Shown here piece after piece: positions 1 to 9,649 of a DNA stretch of 64,000 bases. This DNA is from an uncultured Thermoplasmata archaeon. GTDB taxonomy: Archaea > Thermoplasmatota > Thermoplasmata > Lutacidiplasmatales > UBA184. How positions within the stretch are numbered: the stretch's first letter is position 1; each line of letters begins with the position of its first letter. The stretch spans positions 96,532-160,531 of the forward strand of contig CAVQKI010000003.1 in NCBI GenBank assembly GCA_963713145.1. Reading direction: 5' to 3'. The notes under the pieces were generated by a model, which was not told the origin of the DNA, did no database searches, and saw only the letters and a program-made list of their open reading frames with translations. Position numbers and translations under genes: made by a program.

Positions 1-681
1 CCGAGCCATGGCTTCCCCGGCCGCCTCCTCGTCTTCGAAGGGCTGGACGGCAGCGGTAAATCGACCCAGGCCGCGCTCCTCGGGAAGTGGCTCTCGTCCC
101 GGGGGTACCGGGTGTTCTTCACGGAGTGGAATTCGTCCGAGCTCGTCGCGAACGTGATCCGGCGCGGGAAGAAGAAGGGGCTTCTCACGCCCACGACGTT
201 CAGCCTCCTGCACGCCACGGACTTCGCCGACCGGTTCGACCGGCAGATCCTGCCGCCGCTCCGGGCCGGCTACCTGGTCGTCTGCGACCGGTACGCCTAC
301 ACGGCGTTCGTCCGCGACGCGGCCCGGGGGTGCGACCCGAACTGGGTCCGGACGATCTACTCGTTCGCCCCCCGCCCGGACCGGGCGTACTACTTCCGGG
401 TCCCTGTCTCGGTCACGCTCAAGCGAAAGCTCGCCTCCCGGCTGAAGATCAACTACTACGAGGCAGGGATGGACCTCGGCCTGTCCGACGAGGTCAACGA
501 GAGCTACATGAAGTTCCAGTCGCGGCTGAAGCGCGAGTACGACCGGATCGCGCAGACCGACAACTTCACGATCATCGACTCGACCCGGGCGGTCGAATCG
601 ATCCAGGCGGACCTTCGCGCGAACCTGCAGCCCCTCCTCCAGAACTTCCCCACCGGGGCGGACCTGATGCATGACGGGTAG
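1..681 (+). CDS. tmk: thymidylate (dTMP) kinase, 5' end outside window
   Basis: Frame 1 is open from base 1 and reads LVFEGLDGSGKSTQ (P-loop) upstream of the listed 112..681 ORF. DRY-type motif VVCDRYAYT. Family recognition. Confidence 0.8.
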   Translation, partial: PSHGFPGRLLVFEGLDGSGKSTQAALLGKWLSSRGYRVFFTEWNSSELVANVIRRGKKKGLLTPTTFSLLHATDFADRFDRQILPPLRAGYLVVCDRYAYTAFVRDAARGCDPNWVRTIYSFAPRPDRAYYFRVPVSVTLKRKLASRLKINYYEAGMDLGLSDEVNESYMKFQSRLKREYDRIAQTDNFTIIDSTRAVESIQADLRANLQPLLQNFPTGADLMHDG

Positions 682-1432
682 GACGTACGGCACCCGGCCG
701 CCGGGGATGCCCCGGGAGACGCTCCGGGGCCGGCTGATCGTCATCGAAGGGGCGGACGGCTCCGGGCGGACGACCGAGGTCACCCTCCTCAAGGAATGGC
801 TCGAGATCGAGGGCCATGCCGTGGTCGACACCGGGCTTCGCCGCTCCGACCTCGTGAGCAACGAGATCGACCGCGCCAAGCAGGGCCACACGCTGGGCGC
901 GACCACGATGGCGCTCCTCTATTCCGCGGATTTCGCCGACCAGCTCGAGAACAAGATGATCCCTGCGCTCGCGGCCGGTGCGACGGTCCTCGCCGACCGG
1001 TACATCTACACGCTCATGGCCCGGGCGATCGCCCGCGGCGCTTCGCGGGAGTGGGCCCGGGAGCTCTACGCGTTCGCCCTGAGGCCCGACCTCATCCTGT
1101 TCCTGGACGCGCGCCCCGAGATCCTCCTCCACCGGGCGATCGCCCGGTACGGCAGCCTCGACTTCTGGGAGTCGGGGATGGACCTCTGCCTTTCCCGCGA
1201 CCTGTTCGAGAGCTTCTTCCTCTACCAGGCGCTCCTCTCCAAGGAGTTCGACTGGATGGCGAAGCAGTACGGGTTCGCGCGGGTGGATGCGAACCGGACG
1301 GCCGAGCAGGTGCACGCAGAGGTCCAGCGCCTGGTCGCCCCGCTCTACGGGACCCGGGTGAGGGAGCCCGGCCTCGGAGGGGTCACCGCGACCCCGGTCA
1401 GCCGCGACCGTCGGCCAGCTGCTTCCGGGTGA
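671..1432 (+). CDS. thymidylate kinase-like paralogue with Lys-to-Arg P-loop (GADGSGRTT)
   Basis: 253-aa ORF. IVIEGADGSGRTTE plus ADRYIYT motifs parallel the upstream tmk. The start overlaps the upstream stop by 11 nt. Confidence 0.7.
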   Translation: MTGRTYGTRPPGMPRETLRGRLIVIEGADGSGRTTEVTLLKEWLEIEGHAVVDTGLRRSDLVSNEIDRAKQGHTLGATTMALLYSADFADQLENKMIPALAAGATVLADRYIYTLMARAIARGASREWARELYAFALRPDLILFLDARPEILLHRAIARYGSLDFWESGMDLCLSRDLFESFFLYQALLSKEFDWMAKQYGFARVDANRTAEQVHAEVQRLVAPLYGTRVREPGLGGVTATPVSRDRRPAASG

Positions 1433-1934
1433 GGAGCCAGACGAGGCGCCCGGCGCCGGGGCGGACCCCGGTCGGGAACTCGAGGCACGCCGCGCCCCCC
1501 TTCGTCAGGTGTACGACCGAGACCCCGTCGCCGAGCAGGGCCATGCCGATGAACTCCGCGAGCGTCGGCTCGTGACCGACGAGCACGACCTCCTGACCCG
1601 GATGGAGCGACCGGCGAAGCTTGTCGAAGATGGGGTTCGGGAGGTTCCCGGGGGCGAGCTCGGCCCACGTCTCGAGGCGGGGTGGGCTGGGCAGGGCGTC
1701 GTGAACGATCTCGGCGGTCGTGGTCGCCCGCGCTGCCCCGCTGGACGCGATGCGGTCGACGGGGGAGGTGACCCGCGCCAGGCCCTTCGCGGCCTTTCGG
1801 GTCTGGACCCGACCCTTGTTGCTCAGGGGCCGCCGATCGTCGTTCGGCCACCGAACGGGGTCTCTTTCCTCCGCGGGGCCGTGTCGGACGACGACCACGC
1901 GAACGTTCCGGGCGGCCTCGGACCCACCTTGCAT
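1398..1934 (-). CDS. histidine phosphatase superfamily protein (SixA-like)
   Basis: 178-aa ORF with an N-terminal VVVRHG motif and a later GHEP motif. Confidence 0.65.
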   Translation of the reverse strand: MQGGSEAARNVRVVVVRHGPAEERDPVRWPNDDRRPLSNKGRVQTRKAAKGLARVTSPVDRIASSGAARATTTAEIVHDALPSPPRLETWAELAPGNLPNPIFDKLRRSLHPGQEVVLVGHEPTLAEFIGMALLGDGVSVVHLTKGGAACLEFPTGVRPGAGRLVWLLTRKQLADGRG

Positions 1935-2003
1935 CGCCGTTATCGGGGGTGGGCCGGGACGCGCCCGGGGGAAAAGCCTTCTCCCCCGCGGGAACCGCCT
2001 CTC

Positions 2004-3011
2004 TCACCCTCGAGCCAGGGGGGTGGGTAGGCGCACCTCGCCGACCGGCCTCTCCGGGGCCGCCAGGCTGCGGTCGAGGACGACCTGGGCGACGTCCTGG
2101 GCGTACGCGACGGTCCTGCCGATCGATTCCAGGACGCGAGCGACCGCGGCCGCCGTCGCGGGGGGCATCGCCCCTCCACCGATGGTCGGTAGGAGCCTCT
2201 CGGAGAGCGCGCGGCCGGACGACAACAGAGCCTCCCCGACGTCCAGGACATCGTTCGCCATCGGTCCGTTCTCCGCCTTCAGCGCCCCTTCGAGATGGGT
2301 CATCGCCTGCCGGTGGAACTGAAGGAGCGACGTGAGTGGGTCGCCGCCTTCGCGGAGGTCCGCGAGCCGCGGCCCCTCCTCTCCCAGGATCACCGCGTGG
2401 TCGGCGATCCGTTCGAGGCTGCGGGCGATCGTCCAGGGACCCAGGAACGCGTCCCCTCCTCCGCCGCGCCCGAGGCGCACCGCCGCGATTCGCTGGATGT
2501 ACCAGGCTTCCCGGTCGATCTCGTCATCCCGGCGCGACCAGTAGCCGTCGCCGCCGAGCGGCAGGCGGGTCCAGCTGGCGACCGCATCCCGGTGGAACTC
2601 GACCACCAGGCGGCCCATGCGGAGGATGCTGCGCGGGAGAGGCAGGGAGCTTTCGGAGGAGACGTCGCTGAGGCGGATGGCGTTCGGCTCGTCCGAGAGG
2701 ATCTCGGGCTGCCGCGTTCGACGACAGAACGTGCGGACGACGTCCCGTGCCTCGGGTGTCAGCCGGGGGTTCCCCCGGATGACGAACCCGCGCGCCCCAC
2801 CGAGATACGCCCCGAGCAGAGTCCGGAAGAGATGCTCCGACGGCTCGCCGGGTCGCACCTCGATGGCGGCGACCCGCTCGTCCGACTCGAGCGCGACGGT
2901 CGGGCGCGGAGGGCGGCGGGCCGTTGGGAGCGATACTTCGACCCCCGGACCCGGCCCCCCCTCGCCCGCACGCGCGCCCCCGCCCTGCCGTCCTCGTTCC
3001 TTTTCCCTCAT
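2004..3011 (-). CDS. PhoU-domain regulator (archaeal phosphate-uptake-regulator type)
   Basis: 335-aa ORF. SLERIADHA-type PhoU repeat motifs follow an AbrB-like N-terminal region. Confidence 0.6.
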   Translation of the reverse strand: MREKERGRQGGGARAGEGGPGPGVEVSLPTARRPPRPTVALESDERVAAIEVRPGEPSEHLFRTLLGAYLGGARGFVIRGNPRLTPEARDVVRTFCRRTRQPEILSDEPNAIRLSDVSSESSLPLPRSILRMGRLVVEFHRDAVASWTRLPLGGDGYWSRRDDEIDREAWYIQRIAAVRLGRGGGGDAFLGPWTIARSLERIADHAVILGEEGPRLADLREGGDPLTSLLQFHRQAMTHLEGALKAENGPMANDVLDVGEALLSSGRALSERLLPTIGGGAMPPATAAAVARVLESIGRTVAYAQDVAQVVLDRSLAAPERPVGEVRLPTPLARG

Positions 3012-3033
3012 CGAACGGCAAAGGCCGTGGAGG

Positions 3034-3087
3034 GAATATATATAATTCCAATTGAGAATATATCTTATGTTATAGATATATTGTTAC
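3034..3087. promoter_or_regulatory. AT-rich island with TATA-like elements upstream of the PhoU-like gene
   Basis: ggaatatatataattccaattgagaatatatcttatgttatagatatattg sits in an otherwise GC-rich context. atatatata lies about 25-35 nt upstream of the minus-strand ATG at 3011. Imperfect palindrome ggaat-atatata-attcc. Confidence 0.5.
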
Positions 3088-3133
3088 TCCCGATTGCCCA
3101 CGGGCCCCTCGGTCCTCGGCGGGAACGCAGGTC

Positions 3134-3949
3134 TCAGATGCGGGCGGGACGAGGCGTTCCCGGCGGGGGTCGCGGCACCGGCCGGTAGAGGGCCAGCATG
3201 TCGTCCCCCAGCCGAAGCGTCTGGGCGAGCCCGGTGTTCAGCCACGGGACCCCCATCCGCTGGAGCCGGCTCGGGTTCGGGTTGGGGATGTGCTGGACGA
3301 TACGGGACCGCTCCCGGACGAAGCTCTCCCAGCCGAGGAGATAGTCGAGCTCGTCCAGGGTGTACTCGATCACGTGCCCGTAGCCGCCCGAACCATCCTG
3401 GGGGAACCGTTCGCGCTCCTTGATCGAGCGTCCCCTGAGGAGCTTCACGCGGTTGCCGACCCGCGCCATGTTCGGCGTGGTCAGCAGCAGGCGACCCTGA
3501 GGACCCAACCGGTCGTAGATCCCGCGGAACAGGACGAGCGGGTCGACCAGGAGGTGCTCGAGAACCTCCACGAAGAGGACGAGGTCGTAGCCACGGGGAA
3601 GGGCGTCCATCGAGCTCGCCTGGTCGAGCCGGACCGGGCGGAACGATTCGATCCCGAACTTCGCGTAGTGGGCCTCCTTCCCGGGGGGCGGTGGCACGAG
3701 GTCCGCCAGGTCATAATGCCCTCCGTACCGGGCGTGGAGCGCGACCGAGAGCGAGCCGACGCCCCCACCGAGGTCGAGGACGCGCGACTCCTTCGTGGGC
3801 GGGCTCGCCTTAAGGAAATCGACGATGGGGCCGTACCGACGGCTCGCGAACACCCACCTCGCCCGCTGCTCGGCGGTGAGGTCCGCTCCGGCCCAGAACC
3901 CCTCCAGGGCCGCCCCGACATCGTGGTTCAGGCCCTCGGAGTCGGTCAC
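3134..3949 (-). CDS. class I SAM-dependent methyltransferase
   Basis: 271-aa ORF with SAM motif I VLDLGGGVGS and a downstream LVLFVEVLEHL motif. Confidence 0.75.
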   Translation of the reverse strand: MTDSEGLNHDVGAALEGFWAGADLTAEQRARWVFASRRYGPIVDFLKASPPTKESRVLDLGGGVGSLSVALHARYGGHYDLADLVPPPPGKEAHYAKFGIESFRPVRLDQASSMDALPRGYDLVLFVEVLEHLLVDPLVLFRGIYDRLGPQGRLLLTTPNMARVGNRVKLLRGRSIKERERFPQDGSGGYGHVIEYTLDELDYLLGWESFVRERSRIVQHIPNPNPSRLQRMGVPWLNTGLAQTLRLGDDMLALYRPVPRPPPGTPRPARI

Positions 3950-4061
3950 GGTGTCGCCCCGTACGTTCCGCCCCGACCCCGGGTCGAAGATGTAACCCTT
4001 TGTCCCGGACCGCGGGGGCGCGGCTCACGACGGAATGGCAGGCTCCCGCGATGGGCGGGGA

Positions 4062-4134
4062 TGGGCCGGGACGGAATCGAACCGTCGACCTCCGCGTTGT
4101 AAGCGCGGCATCTTCACCCCTCGACTACCGGCCC
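4062..4134 (-). tRNA. tRNA-Val (anticodon TAC)
   Basis: The reverse complement folds as a cloverleaf: acceptor GGGCCGG/CCGGCCC, anticodon arm CCGCG-CTTACAA-CGCGG, T arm GACGG-TTCGATT-CCGTC. No encoded CCA. Confidence 0.85.
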
Positions 4135-5792
4135 TGCCCCGTCGCGAGACCCGTGCTCCGTCAAGTTGGTGTCGGTCTCACCGTGGTCCCGCTTCCGGAC
4201 GCGCACGGCGAGGCCCCGGTCCAGGTCCCCCATCAGGCGCCCGGGGAGCGCGGCCTCACCGATCGCTGCCAAGGCCCCGTCGCGGTAGAGGCCCACCTCG
4301 TCTCCCGCACGCACGGCCGGGTCCGCCGACCGAACGCCGGGGACGAACAGGTCCCCTTCGAGACGGACGCCCGGGTCGACGTCGACGCGGGGGAGCAGCT
4401 CGCCGAGCCGCCGGGCTCCCAGGAGGGTCAGGTGGAACAGCCCCCGCTCCTCGCGGAGGGTCGCGAGGTCCTTCCGCCCGTCGGTGAGCCGTTGGAACCA
4501 GGGACGTCCGGCGAGGCGGAGAGGGGAGACGAACAGGCGTTCGGAGGCCGCCCGGCCGAACTGGACGCTCGCCACCTCCCGGAGCTCCTCGACCACGACC
4601 GCGAGCGGCCCCGTGGAGAGAGCCGGGCCCCCTTCGAGGGCCTGGCCCGTGGCGGTCCGCAGCGCGTCGAGCGCGGGGCGGGAGGTGGTCCCCCCGTCCC
4701 CGACGGTCCATGCGACCGGCAGCGACGTAGGCAGGTGCGAGCGAACGAACGAGTACTCGTCGGGGTCGAGGTGCGCCACGATCGCCGAGGACCCGGCCGT
4801 GGAGGAGGAGGAGGTCGAGCCCGTCGGTCACCGCCTTGCGCTCGGTCTCGCCCCACTCGCCGGTCACCGGTATGTCGGTACTGCTTGGCCGGCGGGACGT
4901 CCTCGAGCTCGCGCGGAACGACGCCGATCGGCGAGCTGACCGAGACCACGTGGACCCGGGTCAGGTCCCGAAGGCCCTCCAGGGCGGAAGCGAACCGTCG
5001 GTGCGAGTGGGAGCGGCGGTAGGGCTTGGTCTTCGAGCACGGGACGATAAGGAGGACCGACTTCGAGGTGGGAGGCCGGTACCGCTCCAGGAGCCGCGCG
5101 CGGAACCGGACCATCTCGGGCCGACGATGGGACTCGAGCACCACGTAGTCGTGCGAGCGCGTCCCGGTCACCGGCGTCCGCTCCTCGAGGAGGGCCGCCA
5201 GGTCGCGGTCGGCATACCGGAGGATCTCGGCGACCGTCGGTTCGGCCGGAAGGCGAGCCTCCACCAGCTCCCGGAGACGCCCTTCCCGGAGGGCGGCTCG
5301 CATCTGCGCGAAGGCCCGCCGGTACGCTTCCCGGGCGTGCGCGGCGAGGGCACCAGGAGTCTCGCCGGACCGGCAGCCGTCACAGGCGCAGATCCGTTCG
5401 ACCGCCGCCGACGACGGATCGACCCGCCCCAGGGTCGGGTCCAGGAACTCGCCACGGGACGCCGAAAGCTCCCCTTCGGTCGTGTCGAGGAGGTCGAGCC
5501 CGAGGTAGGCAAGGAGCGGGAGCCGGTGGGGAAGGGCGACGCGGGGGGCCCAGAGAACGGGACCGGCGCCCACCTTCGTCCGGATCGCGCGGATCGCCGC
5601 GACCAATGGGGCACCCTCGTTCCAGAGCGCACGGGCATTCCCCAGGATCAGAAGCCTCGGACGCGCGGACCGGAGCTCCGAGAGAGCCTCTTCTGTGACG
5701 GGGGCGTGAAGGAGGTACGCCTCGTCCGAAACGCGGTGGACCCCGTTCCCGACGCCGGCGATCTCGGGAGCGAGCACCGGCAGGTCGAGCAC
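4114..5792 (-). CDS. arcS: archaeosine synthase ArcS-like (TGT-like, DUF5591 and PUA domains), interrupted by two apparent frameshifts; N-terminus may extend to 5985
   Basis: The 454-aa ORF (CSKTKPY, SPIGVVPRELEDVPPAKQY) continues as PVTGEWGETERKAVTDGLDLLLLH in a second frame (ORF 4256..4867). It then continues as AHLDPDEYSFVRS...PUA-like VRAGDEVGLY in the 4114..4779 ORF. Breaks are near 4873 and 4795. Confidence 0.7.
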
Positions 5793-5900
5793 GAGCTCCG
5801 CGGCGCCATCCGAGAGCCGGAGCCGTCGGTATGCCGGACGGAGCCGGCATCGAGGACAGTGTCAACCCGGGCCTCGGAGGGTCCGCGGGTCCGCTCTCCA

Positions 5901-6368
5901 TCAGCGCGGGGAGCGGGAGCAGCAGCGAGCCCACGGTGGCGCTGCCGAGCAGCGCGAGGCCCTCGGACCGGTCTGCGGTACGCATCGGAGAACAGGCCGC
6001 TGCCTACGCCTCCTAGGGGGAGGCGGACTGGGCGCCGGCCGCCTCTTCGAGCGGGGGGCGGCGCGGGTGACGGGGAAGACAGCTTCCCACGCCGCGACCA
6101 TCGCTTCTCGCCGGTCGGCGCCCGCCTCGGTCCTGCCCCGGCGCCCGAACATCGGGTCGTGCACGTCGCGAACGTCCCGGAGGAACTCGGCCGGGTTGGC
6201 GCTCGCCTTCTCGAAGCCGTAGAGGATCAGCTCGCGGAGGAAGCTCGAGCGGCCGCGCCAGCCGATGCGGCGACGCACGGCCGGGTTCAGGTGGCGTTTC
6301 GCGAGGCGCCAAACCTCGTTCGTGATCCGATAGTCGCGCGCCGAGAGCCCGATCATCACCTGCGGCAT
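5901..6368 (-). CDS. hypothetical small protein (possible ribbon-helix-helix fold); 3' end uncertain
   Basis: The N-terminal ~100 aa look protein-like (SSFLRELILYGFEKA) and the tail is Arg/Pro-rich. A G6 run at 6053-6058 could hide an indel that would give a stop at 6013. Confidence 0.4.
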   Translation of the reverse strand: MPQVMIGLSARDYRITNEVWRLAKRHLNPAVRRRIGWRGRSSFLRELILYGFEKASANPAEFLRDVRDVHDPMFGRRGRTEAGADRREAMVAAWEAVFPVTRAAPRSKRRPAPSPPPPRRRRQRPVLRCVPQTGPRASRCSAAPPWARCCSRSPR

Positions 6369-6402
6369 GGCGATCGAGGCAACGATGACGGTGCGTTCCT
6401 CA

Positions 6403-7281
6403 TTAGCTAGGCGGCGCGAGGGCGGCCAGCGGCCCGCCGGGCAGCGCGCCCGCGGCCGGCACGAAGACCGCGACGAGCACGCCGACGAGGAAGGCGAGGG
6501 CCATGACGAAGTGGCGTTCGAACGGCACGCGGACGTTGACCGGGTCCCGCGCCAGCCTCCGGTCCGCGACCGCAGCGACCCCTGCCATCACGGCAAGGCC
6601 GACGTAGTACGGGACGGACAGTCCGAGCGCGAGCCCGAAGAGGGCGAGAAGGACGAGCGCCACCGCGTGGAGCGCCACGACCAGCCGGAACGAGGCTCGC
6701 GCACCGAGGCGCGCCGGAAGCGAGAACAATCCCAGCGCCCGGTCGCTCTCGACGTCGCCGAGCGAGTGGATCGTCTCGAACGCGGTACCCCACGCCAGCA
6801 GGCCGCCTACCGCGAGGAGCACGTACCAGGGAAGGTCGCCGCGGACGGCGATGAACACGGCCCCGGGGATGATCGCCTGCACGAACCCGAGGAGCGGCGT
6901 CGTGAGCGACGTGACCCGTTTCGAGTAGCTGTAGCCGAGGAGGATCACGAGCGCGACGGGGGCCAGGATGAACGCGAGGGGATTGAGCAGATAGGCGGCT
7001 CCGAGAAGGATCGCCGCGTTCGCGCCCGTGAACGTCAGGGCGAATCGTGGCGAGAGGCGGCCGGTGACGAGCGCACGCCCGCGCGTCCGGGGGTTGGCCG
7101 CGTCGAACGCGCGATCCGCCCAGCGGTTGAAGCTGTGGCCCGCGTTGCGGGCGGCGACGAAGGCGACCACCACGAGCACGACCGTTTCGAGACCGGGGAT
7201 CCCCCGGCCGCGAGGAAGAGGAACGCGAGCGCGAACGGGAGGTTCAGCCCGAGGGTCTGGATCTCGAGGAAGCGGCCCATC
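6403..7281 (-). CDS. ubiA: UbiA-family aromatic prenyltransferase, apparent frameshift near 7201-7205
   Basis: NRWADRAFD motif and many TM segments in the 258-aa ORF. The N-terminus MGRFLEIQTLGLNLPFALAFLFLAAGG lies in another frame (ORF 7035..7547) and joins at a C5 run. Confidence 0.75.
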   Translation of the reverse strand, partial: DGPLPRDPDPRAEPPVRARVPLPRGRGIPGLETVVLVVVAFVAARNAGHSFNRWADRAFDAANPRTRGRALVTGRLSPRFALTFTGANAAILLGAAYLLNPLAFILAPVALVILLGYSYSKRVTSLTTPLLGFVQAIIPGAVFIAVRGDLPWYVLLAVGGLLAWGTAFETIHSLGDVESDRALGLFSLPARLGARASFRLVVALHAVALVLLALFGLALGLSVPYYVGLAVMAGVAAVADRRLARDPVNVRVPFERHFVMALAFLVGVLVAVFVPAAGALPGGPLAALAPPS

Positions 7282-7317
7282 TCGCCCGCGCCGGGGGGGC
7301 GGAGGTCGCCCGGCCGG

Positions 7318-8855
7318 TCACGGCGCGGGCCGCGGCAGGAGCCGGGAGAGCGTCGGGTCGGCCCGGATCGCCCGTTCGGCGGCCTCGACCGCGGCGGGGT
7401 CGGAGCGGATCTCCTCGGGCCACGGCCGGGGGAACCCGTCCTCCGGTCGTTTCCGCGTAGCGTCGATCCCGATCTTCCCTCCCACGTTCGGGACAGGGTT
7501 CGAGATGGAGAGCTGGTCGACCGGACCCTCGACCAGTTCGAGGTCATGGGCCGGGTCGGCCTGCAGGCCCACCCGGTAGAGGACCTCCGAGAGGTCGTGG
7601 ATGTCCACGTCCTCGTCGACGACGATGAGGTAGCGCGCGAACATCATCTGGCCGAGCCCCCACAGGGCGTGCATCACCTTGCGCGGATGCCCGGGGTATC
7701 CTTCCGGATCGAGACGATCGCGACGTTGATGAACAAGCCTTCCATCGGAAGGTTGAGGTCGACGACCTCCGGCAGGACGAGCCGGATGAGCGGACGGAAC
7801 ACCCGCTCCACGGCCTTCCCGAGGACGGCGTCCTCGGTCGGGGGCTTCCCTGTGACCGTGCCGAGGTAGACCGGGCGCGCCCGGTGCGTGACGCGAGTGA
7901 CGTGGAAGACCGGGAACGGCTCGGCGGCCGAGTAGTACCCGGTGTGGTCCCCGAACGGACCCTCGACCGTCCGCTCGGTCGGGTCGACGTACCCCTCGAG
8001 AACGATCTCCGCGGCCGCCGGGACCTCGATGTCCACGGCGCGGCCGCGGACCAGCTCGACCGGTTCGGACCGCAGGAACCCGGCGAACACGAAGTTGGAG
8101 ATCCCCTCGGGAACCGGCGCGAGGCCGGAGAAGACCGTCGCCGGGTCCGCGCCGATCACGGCCGCGATCGGCATCCGTTCGCCCCGGGCGGCCCATTTCC
8201 GGTAGTTCTTCGCGCCGACCCGGTGCACCTGGAAGTGCATTCCGAGCGTGTCGCGACCGTACTGCTGCAGCCGGTAGATCCCGGTGTGGGAGTCCCCGGT
8301 TTCGGGGTCCTTCGTGATCACGACCGGGAACGTGATCGTCCGGCCACCGTCCTTCGGCCAGCACTTGAGGATCGGGAGGCGGTCGAGGTCGACGGTCGGT
8401 TCCTCGACCTCCTGGCACGGGGCGCTCGTCACGTGCTTGGGCGCGAGCGTGCGCAGGGTCGAGAGGGTCTCGATCGTCCCTCCGAGGTCCTTCAGCGCTC
8501 CCACGATACCGGCGGGCGGCTTGAGGCGGACGAGCTTGTCGATCCGGTCGGCGACCCGGTCGACGTTCTCCTCCCCCAGCGCGAACGCGATGCGGCGCGG
8601 CGAGCCGAGGACGTTCGTCACGACCGGCATGGTCGCCCCGGTCACGTTCTCGAACAGGAGCGCCGGACCGTCGGCCCGGATGACGTGCTGCGTCAGCTCC
8701 GTGATCTCGAGGTCCCGCGAGACGGGGGTCCGGACCCGAACGAGGTCGCCTCGGCTCTCCAGGGCGTCGAGGAATTCGCCGAGGGACCGGAACCCCACGA
8801 CGGCCGCCGAGCCCTGCGACTTATTAAACGACCTTCGCGGAGGCCCTAGGTTCAT
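7318..8855 (-). CDS. ubiD: UbiD-family (de)carboxylase, apparent frameshift near 7697
   Basis: The 393-aa ORF (GPFGDHTGYY) stops at ...SIRKDTPG. It continues as HPRKVMHALWGLGQMMFARYLIVVDEDVD in the frame of ORF 7318..8418. Confidence 0.8.
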
Positions 8856-8881
8856 ATCGAAACCCCGGGTTCCACGCTCGG

Positions 8882-9601
8882 ATGCAGTCGGTCACGCTCG
8901 AGTTCCGCACCGACGACCTCGTCCGCCTCGGCGTCGTCCCGGCGGGGTTCTTCGACCGGTACGAGGAGGTCGAGCTCCTCGAGACCCTGCGCCTCGAACG
9001 GGGCTGGCGGCTCGAGCTTCTACGGGTGCGGCGACGTGGGCCCCTTCGCTCCGCCGGCGAGCTGGAACGGGAGTCGCGTCGGATCCGGGCGCTGTACGGC
9101 CTCGACAGCTTTGAGCTGGTCGAGCGGCGGCCGCGCACGCGCGACTACATCCTGCTCGTCCGGCAGCGGAACCCCGACCGACTGCGTCAGTGGCTCTCGC
9201 TCGCGGGCGGCGGCCTCTCTCCGGCGGCCCCGTTCCGCCTGTCGGCCGAGCGGACGGTCGCCTCGTTCCTCGGGGAGGAGAAGGCCCTACGACGCGTGCT
9301 GAAGCGCCTCGACCGGGAGCAGTTCCCGTACCGGCTGGTTCGAGCGAGCGGACACCCGAAGGTGGAGGAGGTAGGGTCGACCCCGCTCACCGCCCTGCAG
9401 GCGCGCCTCCTGACCCGGGCCTGGATCCTCGGATACTACGCGGTGCCGCGTCGCATCACGCTCACGCGGCTCGCCCACTCGAGCGGCCGGAGCGCTCCGG
9501 GGCTCGGCAAGGTCCTTCGGCGGGCCGAGGGTCGCCTGGTCGCTCGCTGGCTCGCGAGCGAGGGGTCGGTCCCCGACCCCGAGCACTCGGGCGAAGCCTG
9601 A
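8882..9601 (+). CDS. HTH_10 (Bat-like) DNA-binding protein
   Basis: C-terminal LTALQARLLTRAWILGYYAVPRRITLTRLAHSSGRSAPGLGKVLRRAE matches the halobacterial-type HTH_10 pattern. Confidence 0.6.
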   Translation: MQSVTLEFRTDDLVRLGVVPAGFFDRYEEVELLETLRLERGWRLELLRVRRRGPLRSAGELERESRRIRALYGLDSFELVERRPRTRDYILLVRQRNPDRLRQWLSLAGGGLSPAAPFRLSAERTVASFLGEEKALRRVLKRLDREQFPYRLVRASGHPKVEEVGSTPLTALQARLLTRAWILGYYAVPRRITLTRLAHSSGRSAPGLGKVLRRAEGRLVARWLASEGSVPDPEHSGEA

Positions 9602-9649
9602 CGCAGGGGCGCGGGAGCCGTAAAGAGTCAGGCCGCGTCCACGGAACTC

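Noticed and set aside
3034-3087. The AT-rich island as a replication origin / DNA unwinding element.
   Set aside because: It is only ~54 bp, there are no flanking ORB-like inverted repeats and no orc1/cdc6 gene nearby. The position fits a promoter instead.
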